DNA of 64,000 bases, from contig JAFDWZ010000030.1 of NCBI GenBank assembly GCA_018268195.1, positions 43,599 to 107,598 on the forward strand. Direction: 5' to 3'. A program made the position numbers and the translations under genes. The notes beneath the pieces are model-generated. The model was not told where the DNA came from. It worked only from the letters and a program-made list of their open reading frames with translations, and did no database searches. Below, piece after piece: positions 36,076 through 47,200 of the stretch. Positions within the stretch are counted from its first letter, which is position 1; each line of letters begins with the position of its first letter. Origin of the DNA: Bacteroidota bacterium. GTDB taxonomy: Bacteria; Bacteroidota; Bacteroidia; AKYH767-A; OLB10.

Positions 36076-37071
36076 TCAGGGGTTTATCAGTTCCATGCTG
36101 ATAAAGTCAAATGTTTCGAGGCTGAATGAAGAAATGAGATTGTAAAAGTTTTTTTGCACGTGATTAAGTTGTTTACCTGTCCATATGAGTTTGAGATGAT
36201 TCAAAATAAAAATTGCTCTCATCGTCATGATATCGGGAATGGCATTAAGGTCGGTCTGTGTTAAAGTATTTTCCTGAAGATAGCCCGCCCAGTAATAATC
36301 CATAAAATAGCGAATATGCCCAGGCAATTTGCCATTGGGATTAAATTCGAAATACTGAACTACATAAAGGAGAGTAAGTGCAATATCGGTAACAAACCAT
36401 GAGTAAGCACAATCGGCAGTATCGAAAAGACATATTGTACCATTTTTAATAAACATGTTGCCTCGGTTGATGTCGTTATGAATCAGGCCATAATTGTTTG
36501 TTGTTTTTGGTAAACCATCAAGTCTGTTGACAATCATTTGCATTTCGGCAATTACACGCTTATCATGATTGACCTGATTTGCTAAAACGCTGGCTACTTC
36601 AGTCTGAATATAATCAGTGCGTGGTACTACATTTTTACCGGGCACATAATGTTTTGTTAGTCGGTGCAGTTGCCCTGTAACACGGCCTATCTCCTGAAAT
36701 ACCGGTTCATTCCAGTTGTACATATCAATTTTATTACCCGGTGCTTCGGTATATGCAGCTGCAGTAAAATAAGTATCTCCTGTGTTAATTACTTCAATGA
36801 GATTGCCATTAGCAGATTCAATAGGAGCAGAAACATTGGCTCCGTTTTGTTGTAAATAATGCAACCAATCTACCTCTGAAAGCAGCTTCTCCACCGTTTG
36901 CACAGAACTATGGGTAACTCTTAAAATATATTTCTTTCTGTCTTTACTGTAAGTATAAATAACATCAATGTTGCTTCGAAGTAATTTCAAATCATTCGCA
37001 GAAATTCCAAAAGCTATAGCTATTTGTTCTACAACCTTTGGTGTGTAATATTTTTCGATGAATGGGTTCAC
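36076..37071 (-). CDS. Aminoglycoside/choline-kinase-fold phosphotransferase (APH family)
   Basis: 331 aa with the kinase catalytic loop GLIHNDINRGNMF and the Mg-binding motif LFDTADCAYSW. Confidence 0.7.
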   Translation of the reverse strand: MNPFIEKYYTPKVVEQIAIAFGISANDLKLLRSNIDVIYTYSKDRKKYILRVTHSSVQTVEKLLSEVDWLHYLQQNGANVSAPIESANGNLIEVINTGDTYFTAAAYTEAPGNKIDMYNWNEPVFQEIGRVTGQLHRLTKHYVPGKNVVPRTDYIQTEVASVLANQVNHDKRVIAEMQMIVNRLDGLPKTTNNYGLIHNDINRGNMFIKNGTICLFDTADCAYSWFVTDIALTLLYVVQYFEFNPNGKLPGHIRYFMDYYWAGYLQENTLTQTDLNAIPDIMTMRAIFILNHLKLIWTGKQLNHVQKNFYNLISSFSLETFDFISMELINP

Positions 37072-37088
37072 AGGTTATTCGTAAACGT

Positions 37089-38270
37089 TTAAGACTTATA
37101 ATGATTATATACTTTTTGCAACTGTTCGGCACAAGCTCTGATATCATAAGCAGAAATCACATGCTCTCTAGCTGCAGCAGCAAACTTCTGATAAGTATCG
37201 TTATCCATCTCATAAAAAGTTCGGATTGATGCAGCCAATGCATCGGTATCCTTCTCAGGAGTAAGTAGCCCGGTTCTGTTATGAATAACTTCTTCGGGAA
37301 TATCGCAGTGGGTAGTAGATATCACCGGCATTCCCGTGCACTGTGCATCCAGAAGAACAATTGGAGCACCTCCTTCGCAGTCGCGATTATCTGCATAACA
37401 ACTCGGGTGAATAAATACATGATACTCACCAAAGAACTGATAAAGTTTTGTAAATTCCACAAAAGGAATAAAATGCACTTTGTCACTCACTCCGTTTTCA
37501 TTAATAATCTTTTCGAGTTTGCGTTTAACGTTTTCGAGTTCATTACCTACGAAAGTTAGGCTCATGTCAGGACATGTTTTAAGTGCTTTAACAAAAGCGA
37601 GTAATGAATAAATGTGACCCTTTTTCTGGCTGTAATTGGCAAGTTGCAGCAGTTTCAATTCACCGGGGTTCTTCAAACGTGACACGGAAGGGATTTTTGA
37701 AGTCTCAACACCAAGATGAGCGACATGTATTTTATCAGGATTGCAACCTTGATCTTTAAGAAGCTGTGCTCCATGAGGTCCTTCACAAATAAACCCATCC
37801 GCTGATTCATACAATTGCGCATACCTTCTTTTCCAGAGTGGATATTGAAAAGGAAGGCTTTCGTAATCGAATCCGTAAAACGACACAAGGTATGGCAACC
37901 CTGTAAGTTGTTTAAGTTTTAAATACTGCCATCCCATATTGGCAAAATGCACATGTATTAAATCTGACTTTTGTTGACTGCTAAGTTGGGCGATGTACTG
38001 AAAAAACTGTTCGTTCTTTTGTTGATTTGAAATTCTCTTGAAAAATCTGCTGATGATATTCTTTGCCCCCTCGCGTCCTTCAAGCATATTCAGATTCACA
38101 TAGTCAGGCAAGGGCAACAGATTAATCTTAGGTGTCACAAACTGCTCATTGTAATAACGATAAGCTACTACGTCAATCTCAGTATCCGGCAGATTATTTA
38201 AAACACGGAAAGCCCAATTTTGCGCATTAGGCAAATAACTTTCAAATAACTGTAGCGATTTTACTGACAT
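37089..38270 (-). CDS. Glycosyltransferase family 4 (GT-B fold)
   Basis: 393 aa. The C-terminal motif FIHPSCYADNRDCEGGAPIVLLDAQCTGMPVISTTHCDIPEEV is an E(x7)E-type GT4 signature. Confidence 0.75.
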   Translation of the reverse strand: MSVKSLQLFESYLPNAQNWAFRVLNNLPDTEIDVVAYRYYNEQFVTPKINLLPLPDYVNLNMLEGREGAKNIISRFFKRISNQQKNEQFFQYIAQLSSQQKSDLIHVHFANMGWQYLKLKQLTGLPYLVSFYGFDYESLPFQYPLWKRRYAQLYESADGFICEGPHGAQLLKDQGCNPDKIHVAHLGVETSKIPSVSRLKNPGELKLLQLANYSQKKGHIYSLLAFVKALKTCPDMSLTFVGNELENVKRKLEKIINENGVSDKVHFIPFVEFTKLYQFFGEYHVFIHPSCYADNRDCEGGAPIVLLDAQCTGMPVISTTHCDIPEEVIHNRTGLLTPEKDTDALAASIRTFYEMDNDTYQKFAAAAREHVISAYDIRACAEQLQKVYNHYKS

Positions 38271-38387
38271 CCCGTTTTATTCTCTGAATAATGGCTAAGT
38301 AAAACATTTTAGCAACTCGTAATCCGTCAATTGAATATTGTTTATTAAAAACCTATTGTTGATAGACCATAATATGCAATATTCACC

Positions 38388-38395
38388 TAAATTTG
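38388..38395 (+). promoter_or_regulatory. -7 box TAAATTTG upstream of dnaX
   Basis: Exact TAnnTTTG match, 21 nt upstream of the ATG at 38416. Confidence 0.45.
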
Positions 38396-38415
38396 CGTAG
38401 AATTTAACACCAGAC

Positions 38416-40158
38416 ATGAGCAGTTTTGTTGTATCAGCACGTAAATATCGGCCCTCAACTTTCGATACGGTAGTTGGGCAAAATCATATAACCACTACTT
38501 TAAAAAACGCCATTCGCAGCCATCATTTGGCACAGGCGTTTTTGTTTTGCGGTCCTCGGGGTGTAGGCAAAACTACCTGCGCACGTATTCTTGCAAAAAC
38601 AATAAACTGTACCAATCTGACCTCTGAAATTGAAGCATGCAATGAGTGTGAATCATGTGTGTCGTTCAACAATAATCAATCACTTAATATTTTTGAACTT
38701 GATGCTGCAAGTAATAACTCTGTTGATGACATCCGCTCATTAGTTGAGCAGGTTCGTTTTGCACCTCCAACCGGGAAATACAAGATTTATATTATTGACG
38801 AGGTTCACATGCTTTCACAGGGAGCATTTAATGCTTTTCTGAAAACATTGGAAGAACCTCCACCCTACGCTATTTTTATTTTAGCCACAACTGAAAAACA
38901 TAAAATTATTCCTACTATACTTTCACGATGTCAGATATTCGACTTCAACCGCATTCAGGTTGATGATATTTCAAAACATCTTGCTTCCATTGCTGAAAAA
39001 GAAGGTATAGAAACCGAAGCAGATGCTCTGCATATCATTGCTCAGAAAGCTGAAGGTGCCTTGCGTGATGCACTTTCAATTTTTGATCAGATGGTAACAT
39101 TTTCGGGTAATAAGGTTACTTACAAAGATGTTATTACTAATCTCAATGTACTCGATTACGAATATTATTTTAGAATAACGGATCAGATTATTCCGGGAAA
39201 CATCTCATCCGTGTTGCTTACCTTTAACGAATTGCTGAAACATGGATTCGATGCCCATCATTTTATCACAGGCTTATCAAGTCACTTCCGTGATTTACTT
39301 GTTTCCAAAGATGAAGCAACCATCCAATTACTTGATGTAACCCCGGGAGTGAGGGAAAAATATAGATTGCAAAGCAAGAATATTGACCTTGCTGTTTTAT
39401 TAAAACTCATTGACCTATGCAATGCCTGTGACTTGAGTTATAAAAGTGCACGCAACCAGCATTTACATGTAGAAATTGCATTGATGAAGATGTGCAGCAT
39501 CAGCGGAAAACTTGTAGTAAATGAAAATGCTGTATCAGCAAAACCGGTAGCATTAGAGAAGGGTTCAACACCGACAGGAACACCCGTAACAAATACCGAT
39601 AACCCTGTACAAAAAACTACTCCGCCTCCCACAACAGTTACATCAACACCTAAAGCAAATGCCCCCGGTCAGACAAAAACAACCAGACCAACGACTACGT
39701 TCACGCCCAGTCTTTCTGATTTGGGAAAACCCAAACAAGCCACTCCTGAACAAGACAACAAAGCTGATTCTGACGAAAAAAAAAACAATAATCCTGTAGA
39801 TAAAGGCAAACTGACTGAATGCTGGAAAGAGTTTGCAAAAAAATTAGATGATCAAGGAAATACCAATTTAGCTAAAGCACTCTTAAGGCGCGAACCTGAA
39901 TTGATTAATGAAACTGAAGTACATTATCTGCTCGACAATCAGGTGCTGGAAGATGATCTTAAAGAATTGCGTACAGATTTTCTTTTATTTCTTAAAACGC
40001 AATTACAAAACAGTTATCTTACCTTGCACACACAAGTTACTGACGTACCTTTGTCACAGAATAAACCTTATACGGCCAGAGAAAAATTTCAAAAAATGGC
40101 TGAAAAAAATCCGGCTCTTGAAAAGTTACGTCAACAATTCGACCTCAATTTTGATTAA
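38416..40158 (+). CDS. dnaX: DNA polymerase III subunit gamma/tau
   Basis: Carries YRPSTFDTVVGQNHI, Walker A GPRGVGKTTCARILAK, a Zn module CNECESC, Walker B YIIDEVHMLS and sensor ILATTEKHKIIPTILSRCQ. A Pro/Thr-rich linker and a C-terminal tau-type domain follow. Confidence 0.95.
   Translation: MSSFVVSARKYRPSTFDTVVGQNHITTTLKNAIRSHHLAQAFLFCGPRGVGKTTCARILAKTINCTNLTSEIEACNECESCVSFNNNQSLNIFELDAASNNSVDDIRSLVEQVRFAPPTGKYKIYIIDEVHMLSQGAFNAFLKTLEEPPPYAIFILATTEKHKIIPTILSRCQIFDFNRIQVDDISKHLASIAEKEGIETEADALHIIAQKAEGALRDALSIFDQMVTFSGNKVTYKDVITNLNVLDYEYYFRITDQIIPGNISSVLLTFNELLKHGFDAHHFITGLSSHFRDLLVSKDEATIQLLDVTPGVREKYRLQSKNIDLAVLLKLIDLCNACDLSYKSARNQHLHVEIALMKMCSISGKLVVNENAVSAKPVALEKGSTPTGTPVTNTDNPVQKTTPPPTTVTSTPKANAPGQTKTTRPTTTFTPSLSDLGKPKQATPEQDNKADSDEKKNNNPVDKGKLTECWKEFAKKLDDQGNTNLAKALLRREPELINETEVHYLLDNQVLEDDLKELRTDFLLFLKTQLQNSYLTLHTQVTDVPLSQNKPYTAREKFQKMAEKNPALEKLRQQFDLNFD
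39776..39785 (+). promoter_or_regulatory. A10 homopolymer inside dnaX: candidate slippage/recoding site for a gamma-length product
   Basis: The 0 frame reads GAC GAA AAA AAA AAC AAT. The -1 frame reads AAA CAA TAA, with the stop at 39789-39791. The +1 frame reads ACA ATA ATC CTG TAG, with the stop at 39797-39799. Confidence 0.3.
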
Positions 40159-40190
40159 ACAAATTTATTGTACATACTTTATCATCAATC

Positions 40191-41075
40191 ATGATTATTG
40201 ATCCCACACAAATAAAAACAAGTGTTTTTCACAGCTATATGCTGAGTGCTGTAGCACCAAGGCCTATTGCATTCGCAAGTACAATTGACGAAGAAGGTAA
40301 TCCAAACTTAAGTCCATTTAGTTTTTACAATGCCTTTGGAAGTAAACCTCCCATACTCATTTTCAGTCCGGCAAGAAGGGTACGTGATAACACAACAAAA
40401 CATTCATTAGAGAATGTTTTAAAAACTAAAGAAGTTGTTATCGGTGCCGTGAGTCATAAAATAGTTCAGCAGACATCATTATCCAGTTGCGAATATCCTG
40501 CAGGTGTTAATGAGTTTATTAAGGCCGGATTCACTCCTGTAAAAGCACAACGTGTAAAACCTTTTCTCATAAAAGAGTCGCCTGTAAATTTTGAGTGTAA
40601 GGTACGACATGTTATTGAAACCGGAGATCAGGGAGGTGCAGCTAATCTCATTATCTGTGAAATTTTACTGATGCATATTGATGATGCTGTTTTGGATGAA
40701 AATCAAAAAATAGATCCACATAAAATAGATTTAGTTGCACGTATGGGCTTCGACTATTATTGCAGAGCTTCAGGAAGTGCAGTGTTCACTGTTCCAAAAC
40801 CTAACCATAAATTGGGCATCGGCTTTGACGGACTGCCTGAACATATCCGGAAGAGTGATGTGTTAACAGGCAACGATCTTGCACAGTTAGCCAATGAAGA
40901 GCAAATTCCGTATGCAGAAGAAATCAAAGCATTTAATAACTCTGAGAATCTTTCAAAATTTAATCAGGCATTATCATCCGACCAAAAAAATGCAATGCTG
41001 GCAAGGCATTTGGCAGCACGCGAATTATTACATGCAGGAAAAATAAAAGAAGCCTGGATGATATTATTGGGATAA
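40191..41075 (+). CDS. Flavin reductase-like (FMN-binding split-barrel) protein with C-terminal extension
   Basis: The motif PRPIAFASTIDEEGNPNLSPFSFYNAFGSKPPILIFSP is typical of the flavin_reduct family. A ~90-aa extra C-terminal region is present. Confidence 0.75.
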   Translation: MIIDPTQIKTSVFHSYMLSAVAPRPIAFASTIDEEGNPNLSPFSFYNAFGSKPPILIFSPARRVRDNTTKHSLENVLKTKEVVIGAVSHKIVQQTSLSSCEYPAGVNEFIKAGFTPVKAQRVKPFLIKESPVNFECKVRHVIETGDQGGAANLIICEILLMHIDDAVLDENQKIDPHKIDLVARMGFDYYCRASGSAVFTVPKPNHKLGIGFDGLPEHIRKSDVLTGNDLAQLANEEQIPYAEEIKAFNNSENLSKFNQALSSDQKNAMLARHLAARELLHAGKIKEAWMILLG

Positions 41076-41079
41076 AAAA

Positions 41080-41110
41080 ATCCGCACCGTTAAAGATGCG
41101 GATTTTTTTT
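41080..41110. terminator. Bidirectional rho-independent terminator
   Basis: Stem ATCCGCA / TGCGGAT with a 10-nt loop, flanked by A7 and T8. It closes both the flavin reductase gene and the adhesin operon. Confidence 0.8.
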
Positions 41111-41122
41111 AGAAGCTAACTA

Positions 41123-43276
41123 CTATTTTACCTTCAATACTTTAAACTCTGTTCTTCTGTTCTGCTGATGCTCTTCCTCAGTACATGGAACCACCTTGGT
41201 GCCTTCACATTCGCAATGATTAATGAGTTGCGATTCTCCGTAACCTTTATAAATCATTCTTGAAGCTTCAACACCTTTTTTAACAAGATACTCAACTGCT
41301 GATTTTGCTCGTTTCTCAGAAAGATCCATATTATATTTATAGCTTGCACGACAGTCGGTGTGTGATCCCAATTCAATTTCCATCTTAGGATACTTTTGCA
41401 TTATCTCCACCAGTTTATCCAACTCTTTGGCAGCATCCGGACGGATATTCCATTTTGCCAAATCATAATAAATGTTGTCAATACGAATTACATCACCCTT
41501 ACAGAAAAATCCGAAATCAGCTCTTAAGGTTGTTGATTTTTTCAATCCTACAGTTGAACGATTAGCAAAATTATCCGCACAATTATCTTTGAATGTCATT
41601 ACCTTATAATTTGTTTCCGGCTCCAAATCGAAATGATAATTTCCATTTGCATCGGTAAGAGTTTCTTTCTCCTCATTATTACTTAGGTTTATGATTTTTA
41701 CCGGATGGTTAGGTAAGGCAGATTTGTCTTCTTCGAGATACACATGCCCTTCCAGTGCAAATACAGGCACCTGCGACAATGGTATTTTTATTGACTGTGG
41801 TTCATCACTTACATCTTTTATCTCGCCTGTTCCATTATGATAACTTTCTTTAGCAGCAATAAAATTATAATTCTGACCAATGGATAAGCAGGCTGTAAAT
41901 TTTCCTTTCTCGTCTGTAGTAACATCAGCAAAAGAATTTCCACCCTCAGAGATTTTCACGGATGCATTAGCTATCGGAAGATTGGTTTCTTTGTCATATA
42001 CCAATCCATCCAAAGGCACACAGTTTTTACGGAACATGTATAAATCGTCATTTTCATTTTTCGAATCACGATTGGATGAAAGATATCCACAACGATTTTT
42101 CTTATCATACACGTATCCAAAATCATCGTAAGTGGTATTGAGGGGTGCTCCTATGTTGGTTGCTGAAGAAAATACGCCATTATTGTTTTTTGCAGTATAA
42201 ATATCCAATCCTCCAAGGCCTACATGACCATTGGAAGAAAAATAAAGATTTCCTTCGATATCAATATACGGAAAAACTTCATTGCCGGGAGTATTAATTT
42301 CGGAGCTCAGGTTAACAGGTTTATCCCATTCGCCATTAACTTTGTTACACACCCAAATATCCATACCACCTTTGCCTCCGGGCATATCACTGGCGAAATA
42401 TAATTTGTTACCGTCAGGTGAAAGGCAGGGATGTGCACATGAATACGTTTTGTTGTTGTATTTAAAATCTTTAAAATCAGTAAACTTTCCGTTCACCATT
42501 TTAGCTGTCTGAATTTTCAGTCTTACGATGCGATTCTGATCTCTTACTATTTTACCATTCTCTTCGTAATTACGCGTAATATACATCTCGTTACCATCAG
42601 TAGAAAAAGAAACAGGTCCATCATTAAATTTTGATTTGTCAGCAATTTCAAGTTGAACAGGTGTACTGAATTTATCTTCTTTACCCTGACTGAACCATAA
42701 TGAGAGATAAGGTTTGGATGTCCAATCTTGGTTTTTCGACTTCCCCTCTTCGCGTGACGAAGCAAAGACAATACCATCCTTATAAGGTGTTGCACACATA
42801 TCTCCATTCAGTGAATTTATAGTAAGTCTTCTGACAATCCACAAATCCTTGCTCTTTGTTAAATCATTATTATTTATTGCATCGAGTTGAGCTTTTACTT
42901 CCGCATCATCCGGTTTTTTATCCAGATATTTTTTCATTTGCACTGCAGCCTTATCCTTTTTATCGAGGCTCATTAACACACCTGCATACAAAAGGTGTTC
43001 ATTTCCCGTAGCAACTGAATCGGACGTAATTTTTTCATACCATTTCTCAGCTTCCTTATACTGATTATTTCTGCGATAACAATCAGCAAGTTTTGATGCT
43101 GTTTCATGAGTATACTTTTTTGAAAGTATTTTCTCATATAATGGAATAGCCTTTCCAAAGCTATATTTGGAGTAAAGTTGGTTGGCCAAAACCAAATCGT
43201 CCTGTTGGGCAAAAACAAAAGTTGATGCCAACATAGCTATTACAAATAAAATCGGTTTTATAAATCGAATTGTCAT
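41123..43276 (-). CDS. OmpA family protein with TPR, PD40/TolB-like beta-propeller and carboxypeptidase-regulatory-like domains
   Basis: 717 aa with a signal peptide and TPR-like helices. The PD40 repeats include LYFASDMPGGKGGMDIWV, LYFSSNGHVGLGGLDIY and GYLSSNRDSKNENDDLYMF. The OmpA C-terminal domain reads NIYYDLAKWNIRPD...ELGSHTDCRAS..YNMDLSEKRAKSAVEYL...NRRTEFKV. Confidence 0.88.
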   Translation of the reverse strand: MTIRFIKPILFVIAMLASTFVFAQQDDLVLANQLYSKYSFGKAIPLYEKILSKKYTHETASKLADCYRRNNQYKEAEKWYEKITSDSVATGNEHLLYAGVLMSLDKKDKAAVQMKKYLDKKPDDAEVKAQLDAINNNDLTKSKDLWIVRRLTINSLNGDMCATPYKDGIVFASSREEGKSKNQDWTSKPYLSLWFSQGKEDKFSTPVQLEIADKSKFNDGPVSFSTDGNEMYITRNYEENGKIVRDQNRIVRLKIQTAKMVNGKFTDFKDFKYNNKTYSCAHPCLSPDGNKLYFASDMPGGKGGMDIWVCNKVNGEWDKPVNLSSEINTPGNEVFPYIDIEGNLYFSSNGHVGLGGLDIYTAKNNNGVFSSATNIGAPLNTTYDDFGYVYDKKNRCGYLSSNRDSKNENDDLYMFRKNCVPLDGLVYDKETNLPIANASVKISEGGNSFADVTTDEKGKFTACLSIGQNYNFIAAKESYHNGTGEIKDVSDEPQSIKIPLSQVPVFALEGHVYLEEDKSALPNHPVKIINLSNNEEKETLTDANGNYHFDLEPETNYKVMTFKDNCADNFANRSTVGLKKSTTLRADFGFFCKGDVIRIDNIYYDLAKWNIRPDAAKELDKLVEIMQKYPKMEIELGSHTDCRASYKYNMDLSEKRAKSAVEYLVKKGVEASRMIYKGYGESQLINHCECEGTKVVPCTEEEHQQNRRTEFKVLKVK

Positions 43277-43294
43277 AATCGGAATATTTAAGAG

Positions 43295-44287
43295 TTAAAA
43301 GAAACGAGGAGTTAACACACCGGTGCGCTGTAATGGGAAGTCGTAGCCGAGTGTAATTTCATGCGTCCCTGAATTGTATTTATTCAACCTATTTGTGGTA
43401 TAGTCATAAGAATATCCTAGACGCAGCTGCTTTGTAATATTTATCTGAGCAAACACAGAAGCCGCAGCAGCAGTACGGTAGGTAAGTCCAATCCAGAATG
43501 TTTCATTGAAATATGCTGCCAGTGAAATATCAGCCTGAACAGTGGCACCATCTGAAGCTCTGAACATAGTCATAGGCTTCAGTTTAATTTCGGGGCTCAC
43601 ATCAAACACATAACCACCGGTGAGGAAGTAATGAAAGTTGCGATGCGAAATCTTATTTTTGATATCTCCACCGTTGATGGAGTCAATATAATTCTCCACT
43701 AATCGCGGTATAGAAAATCCTGCATAAAAACGTTTGCTGTTATAATATATCCCGAAACCAGCATTAGGAACCAGTTTGGTAATATTCTGGCTGAACTGAA
43801 TATCATTAGGATCATGCGTAACCACATCGAGATAATTCTCACGCATGTGAATCATTCCCGCTTGCAACCCAAAAGCCAAACGCCCATATTCACTGGTCTG
43901 AATTCTATAAGCATAGTTGGTAAAGAATCCAACCTTCTTTTCTACACCAATGGATTCATTCAAAAACGACAATCCCAATCCAATCTTCTTATTCTTCACC
44001 GGACCATGTATGGAAAGTGTTTGCGTTTTTGGCGCTCCATCCATCCCCACCCACTGGTTGCGGTACAAGGCAGTTGCTGATATCACATCACGCGAGCCTG
44101 CATAAGCCGGATTGATAAATGTTTCGTTAAACATGTACTGTGTAAAAAGCGGATCATATTGCGCCTGTGCTTTATGCAAACCAAGCCAGGTGACGATACA
44201 GGCAAGTGCAAGCAGTTTTTTTACATGTGTATTCATTGTTTTTGAATTTTCGTTGTTAATTGAAATACTACTTTTTGTTTTCATCAT
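43295..44287 (-). CDS. PorP/SprF family type IX secretion system membrane protein
   Basis: The signature AQYDPLFTQYMFNETFINPAYAG follows a signal peptide. The beta-barrel-like body ends in LTPRFF. The likely true start is the Met at 44236 (MNTHVKKLLALACIV). Confidence 0.9.
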   Translation of the reverse strand: MMKTKSSISINNENSKTMNTHVKKLLALACIVTWLGLHKAQAQYDPLFTQYMFNETFINPAYAGSRDVISATALYRNQWVGMDGAPKTQTLSIHGPVKNKKIGLGLSFLNESIGVEKKVGFFTNYAYRIQTSEYGRLAFGLQAGMIHMRENYLDVVTHDPNDIQFSQNITKLVPNAGFGIYYNSKRFYAGFSIPRLVENYIDSINGGDIKNKISHRNFHYFLTGGYVFDVSPEIKLKPMTMFRASDGATVQADISLAAYFNETFWIGLTYRTAAAASVFAQINITKQLRLGYSYDYTTNRLNKYNSGTHEITLGYDFPLQRTGVLTPRFF

Positions 44288-44290
44288 CGT

Positions 44291-47200
44291 TTATCGTTTT
44301 AGAGTAAGATATCCCTGCAATGGTTTTTTGCCATCATTGAGGTCGAGGATATAATAGTATGTTCCGTTAGGTAACTGCTTACCTAGATAAACACCTGCAA
44401 CATTAGATGTACCATCCCATCGGTTATCATAATCGCGCTGCTTGTACACCAGGTTACCCCATCTGTTGTAGATATAAAGGATGTTACCGGGATATTTACT
44501 CAATCCATCAATCACATAAGTATCATTCACTGTGTTACCATCGGGCGAGAATCCTGTTGGGATAAAGAGGGTATCACAAGTTACTGTTACCATAACCTCA
44601 GATGTAACTTCACATCCTTCGGCTGAGCGAACGATAACACTATACTTTGTTGACTTTTTAGGAACAGCTATCGGATTGGCAATGGTAGAATCATTCAGCC
44701 CTTCACCAGGGTTCCACAGATACCATGTACCACCGGTTGCATATAGCTGCGCCTGCTCACCATCGTTAGGACAAATCATCATGTTCGGGCTCACTGCAAA
44801 GTTTCCTACTGAATTTACTTTTACTTCAATCGGATTAGACATAAAGTTTCCGCAACTGTTGGTTAATCCAACTGTGTAAGTACCGGCAGCAGGCGTAGTG
44901 AATGTTGGTGAAGTTGCACCAGTTAAAGGTTGTCCGTTTACATACCATTGATAACTTGCTCCTGATACAACCATGGCATTGAGTGTAACTGTGCCTCCAA
45001 TACAGAACTCAGTAGGACCTTCAGCATTCATATCGAAGGTAGATACATCATTAACCACTTGTGTGATTTGTGCAGTACATCCGTTAGCATCTGTTATGCT
45101 AAGTGAATAAGTACCTGAACCTACTCCGGTCAGATCCTGATATGAAGTACCATTACTCCATGCATATTGATAAGGCTGTGTTCCACCAGTAACCGAAACA
45201 TCCACATTAGCTCCTACACCTGTGAGACAATTTGCATCAGTAGCGGTAGAGGTTGCTGCCAGTGCAGCTGAAGGTTCTGTAATGGTAATTGAATGTTGAT
45301 CGGTACATCCTCCCTGATCTGTTACTGTGAGATTATAAGTTCCCGGAGTAAGATTACTCAAAGAAGCTGTTGTTGCACCGTTGCTCCACAGATAACTGTA
45401 TGCAGGTGTACCACCCATTGTATTAACAGTGATACTGCCATTGGCCAAGCCAAAACATGTTACCTGAGAAACATTCAGAACATTTGCAAGCCCGGAGTCA
45501 GGTTGTGTGATAATGAAAGTTGTATCGAGCACACATTGATAGCTATCCGTTACGGTGACAGAATAAACGCCTGCTGTTAAGTTCGAAATATTTGATGTGG
45601 TATTTCCGTTTGACCACAAGTAGCTGTAAGGTGGAATTCCTCCTGTAGCTTTAACAGATGCATATCCTGTAGCCATGTTGTTGCAATTTACATTTTGTTG
45701 CTGTGTAGTGATTGTAAGTAATTGTGTAGGTCCGTTGATAGTTAACGTATCATGGAATGCACATCCTGCACTGTCAGTAATTATTACGGTGTATGTTCCT
45801 GCACCAATGTTGATCAGATTTTGAGTAGTATCCCCATTGCTCCATGCATAAGTGTAAGGTGCTGTTCCACCGGATGTATTCATTAATATGGATCCTGATG
45901 TTATAGACTGACAATTTATATGAGCTAAAGTTGAATAAGAAACCAATGCCCCTTCAGGTGAAGGAATGTATGCTGAAGCCTGAGCAACACAATTGTTTGC
46001 ATCAACCACAAACACTGAGTATGAACCTCCATGCATATTAATTAGATTCTGAGTAGTATCTCCATTACTCCAGTAATATGCATAAGGTGTTGTTCCACCA
46101 GTTACGGTAAGATTAATAGCACCAGTAGTATCAGCAAAACATCCAACAGGAGTTATGGCAACGGCAGGTGACAATGGTGCCAGAGGTTGAGTTACGGTAG
46201 CTATCAGATTAAACAAACATCCATTAGCATCGGTAACAGTAACTGTATAATTTCCTGCAGAAACACCGGTAAGGTCTTCAGAAGTAGTGCCATTGCTCCA
46301 CTGATAATTGTAAGGCATGGTACCTCCTGTTACAGTAACATCAACTGCGCCATCGCTGCCACCGTAGCAGAATACTGCCGAGGTCATTATGTATGATGCA
46401 TTGAGAGCTGCAGCCGGCTGCATAACTTCAACTGAATCGGTAGTGGTACAACCATTGGCATCAGTAACAGTAAGTTCATAAACTCCTGCTGTAAGTGAAT
46501 CTATAGAAGACGAAGTTGATCCGTTACTCCAGTTGTAGGTGTATGGTGTTGTTCCACCGGACACTGAAGATGTTGCATATCCATTATTACCGTTGAAACA
46601 ATTTACATTCTGCTGAACAGATAAAATACTTGACAATGCTGCTACCGGTTGACCAACAACTGCACTCACACTATAAGTACAATTATTAGCATCGGTAACA
46701 ACTACACTATAATTTCCGGCAGGTATATTTTGCTGGTCTTCGTTGGTACTTCCATTACTCCAGTTAAATGTATATGGGGTAGTTCCACCAACGATAGTAA
46801 TATCAATATTACCTGTAGCATTTCCAAAACATCCAACATTATTAACAGATGTTACACCGCCTGAAATGCTGTCCTGAGGCTGTGATATAGTTAAAGATTG
46901 TGATGACGAACATCCGTTAGCATCCGTAACTTGTACATTATAAGTTCCTGCAGCAAGTGCTGTTTGATTTTGTGCTGAAGAACCGTTGCTCCAAAGTATG
47001 GTGTATGGCGCGGTACCTCCCTGAATATCGAGGTCAGCAGTTCCGGTATTTCCACCATAGCACAATGCGGGGCTTGTGGAAGTGATTGCTGTTGATAATG
47101 CAGCAGATGGCTGAGTGATTGCTATTGTTTGTGTTGCAGTACAACCATTGGCATCGGTAACAGAAACGGTATAGCTTCCTGCTCCTATTCCTGAAAGATC

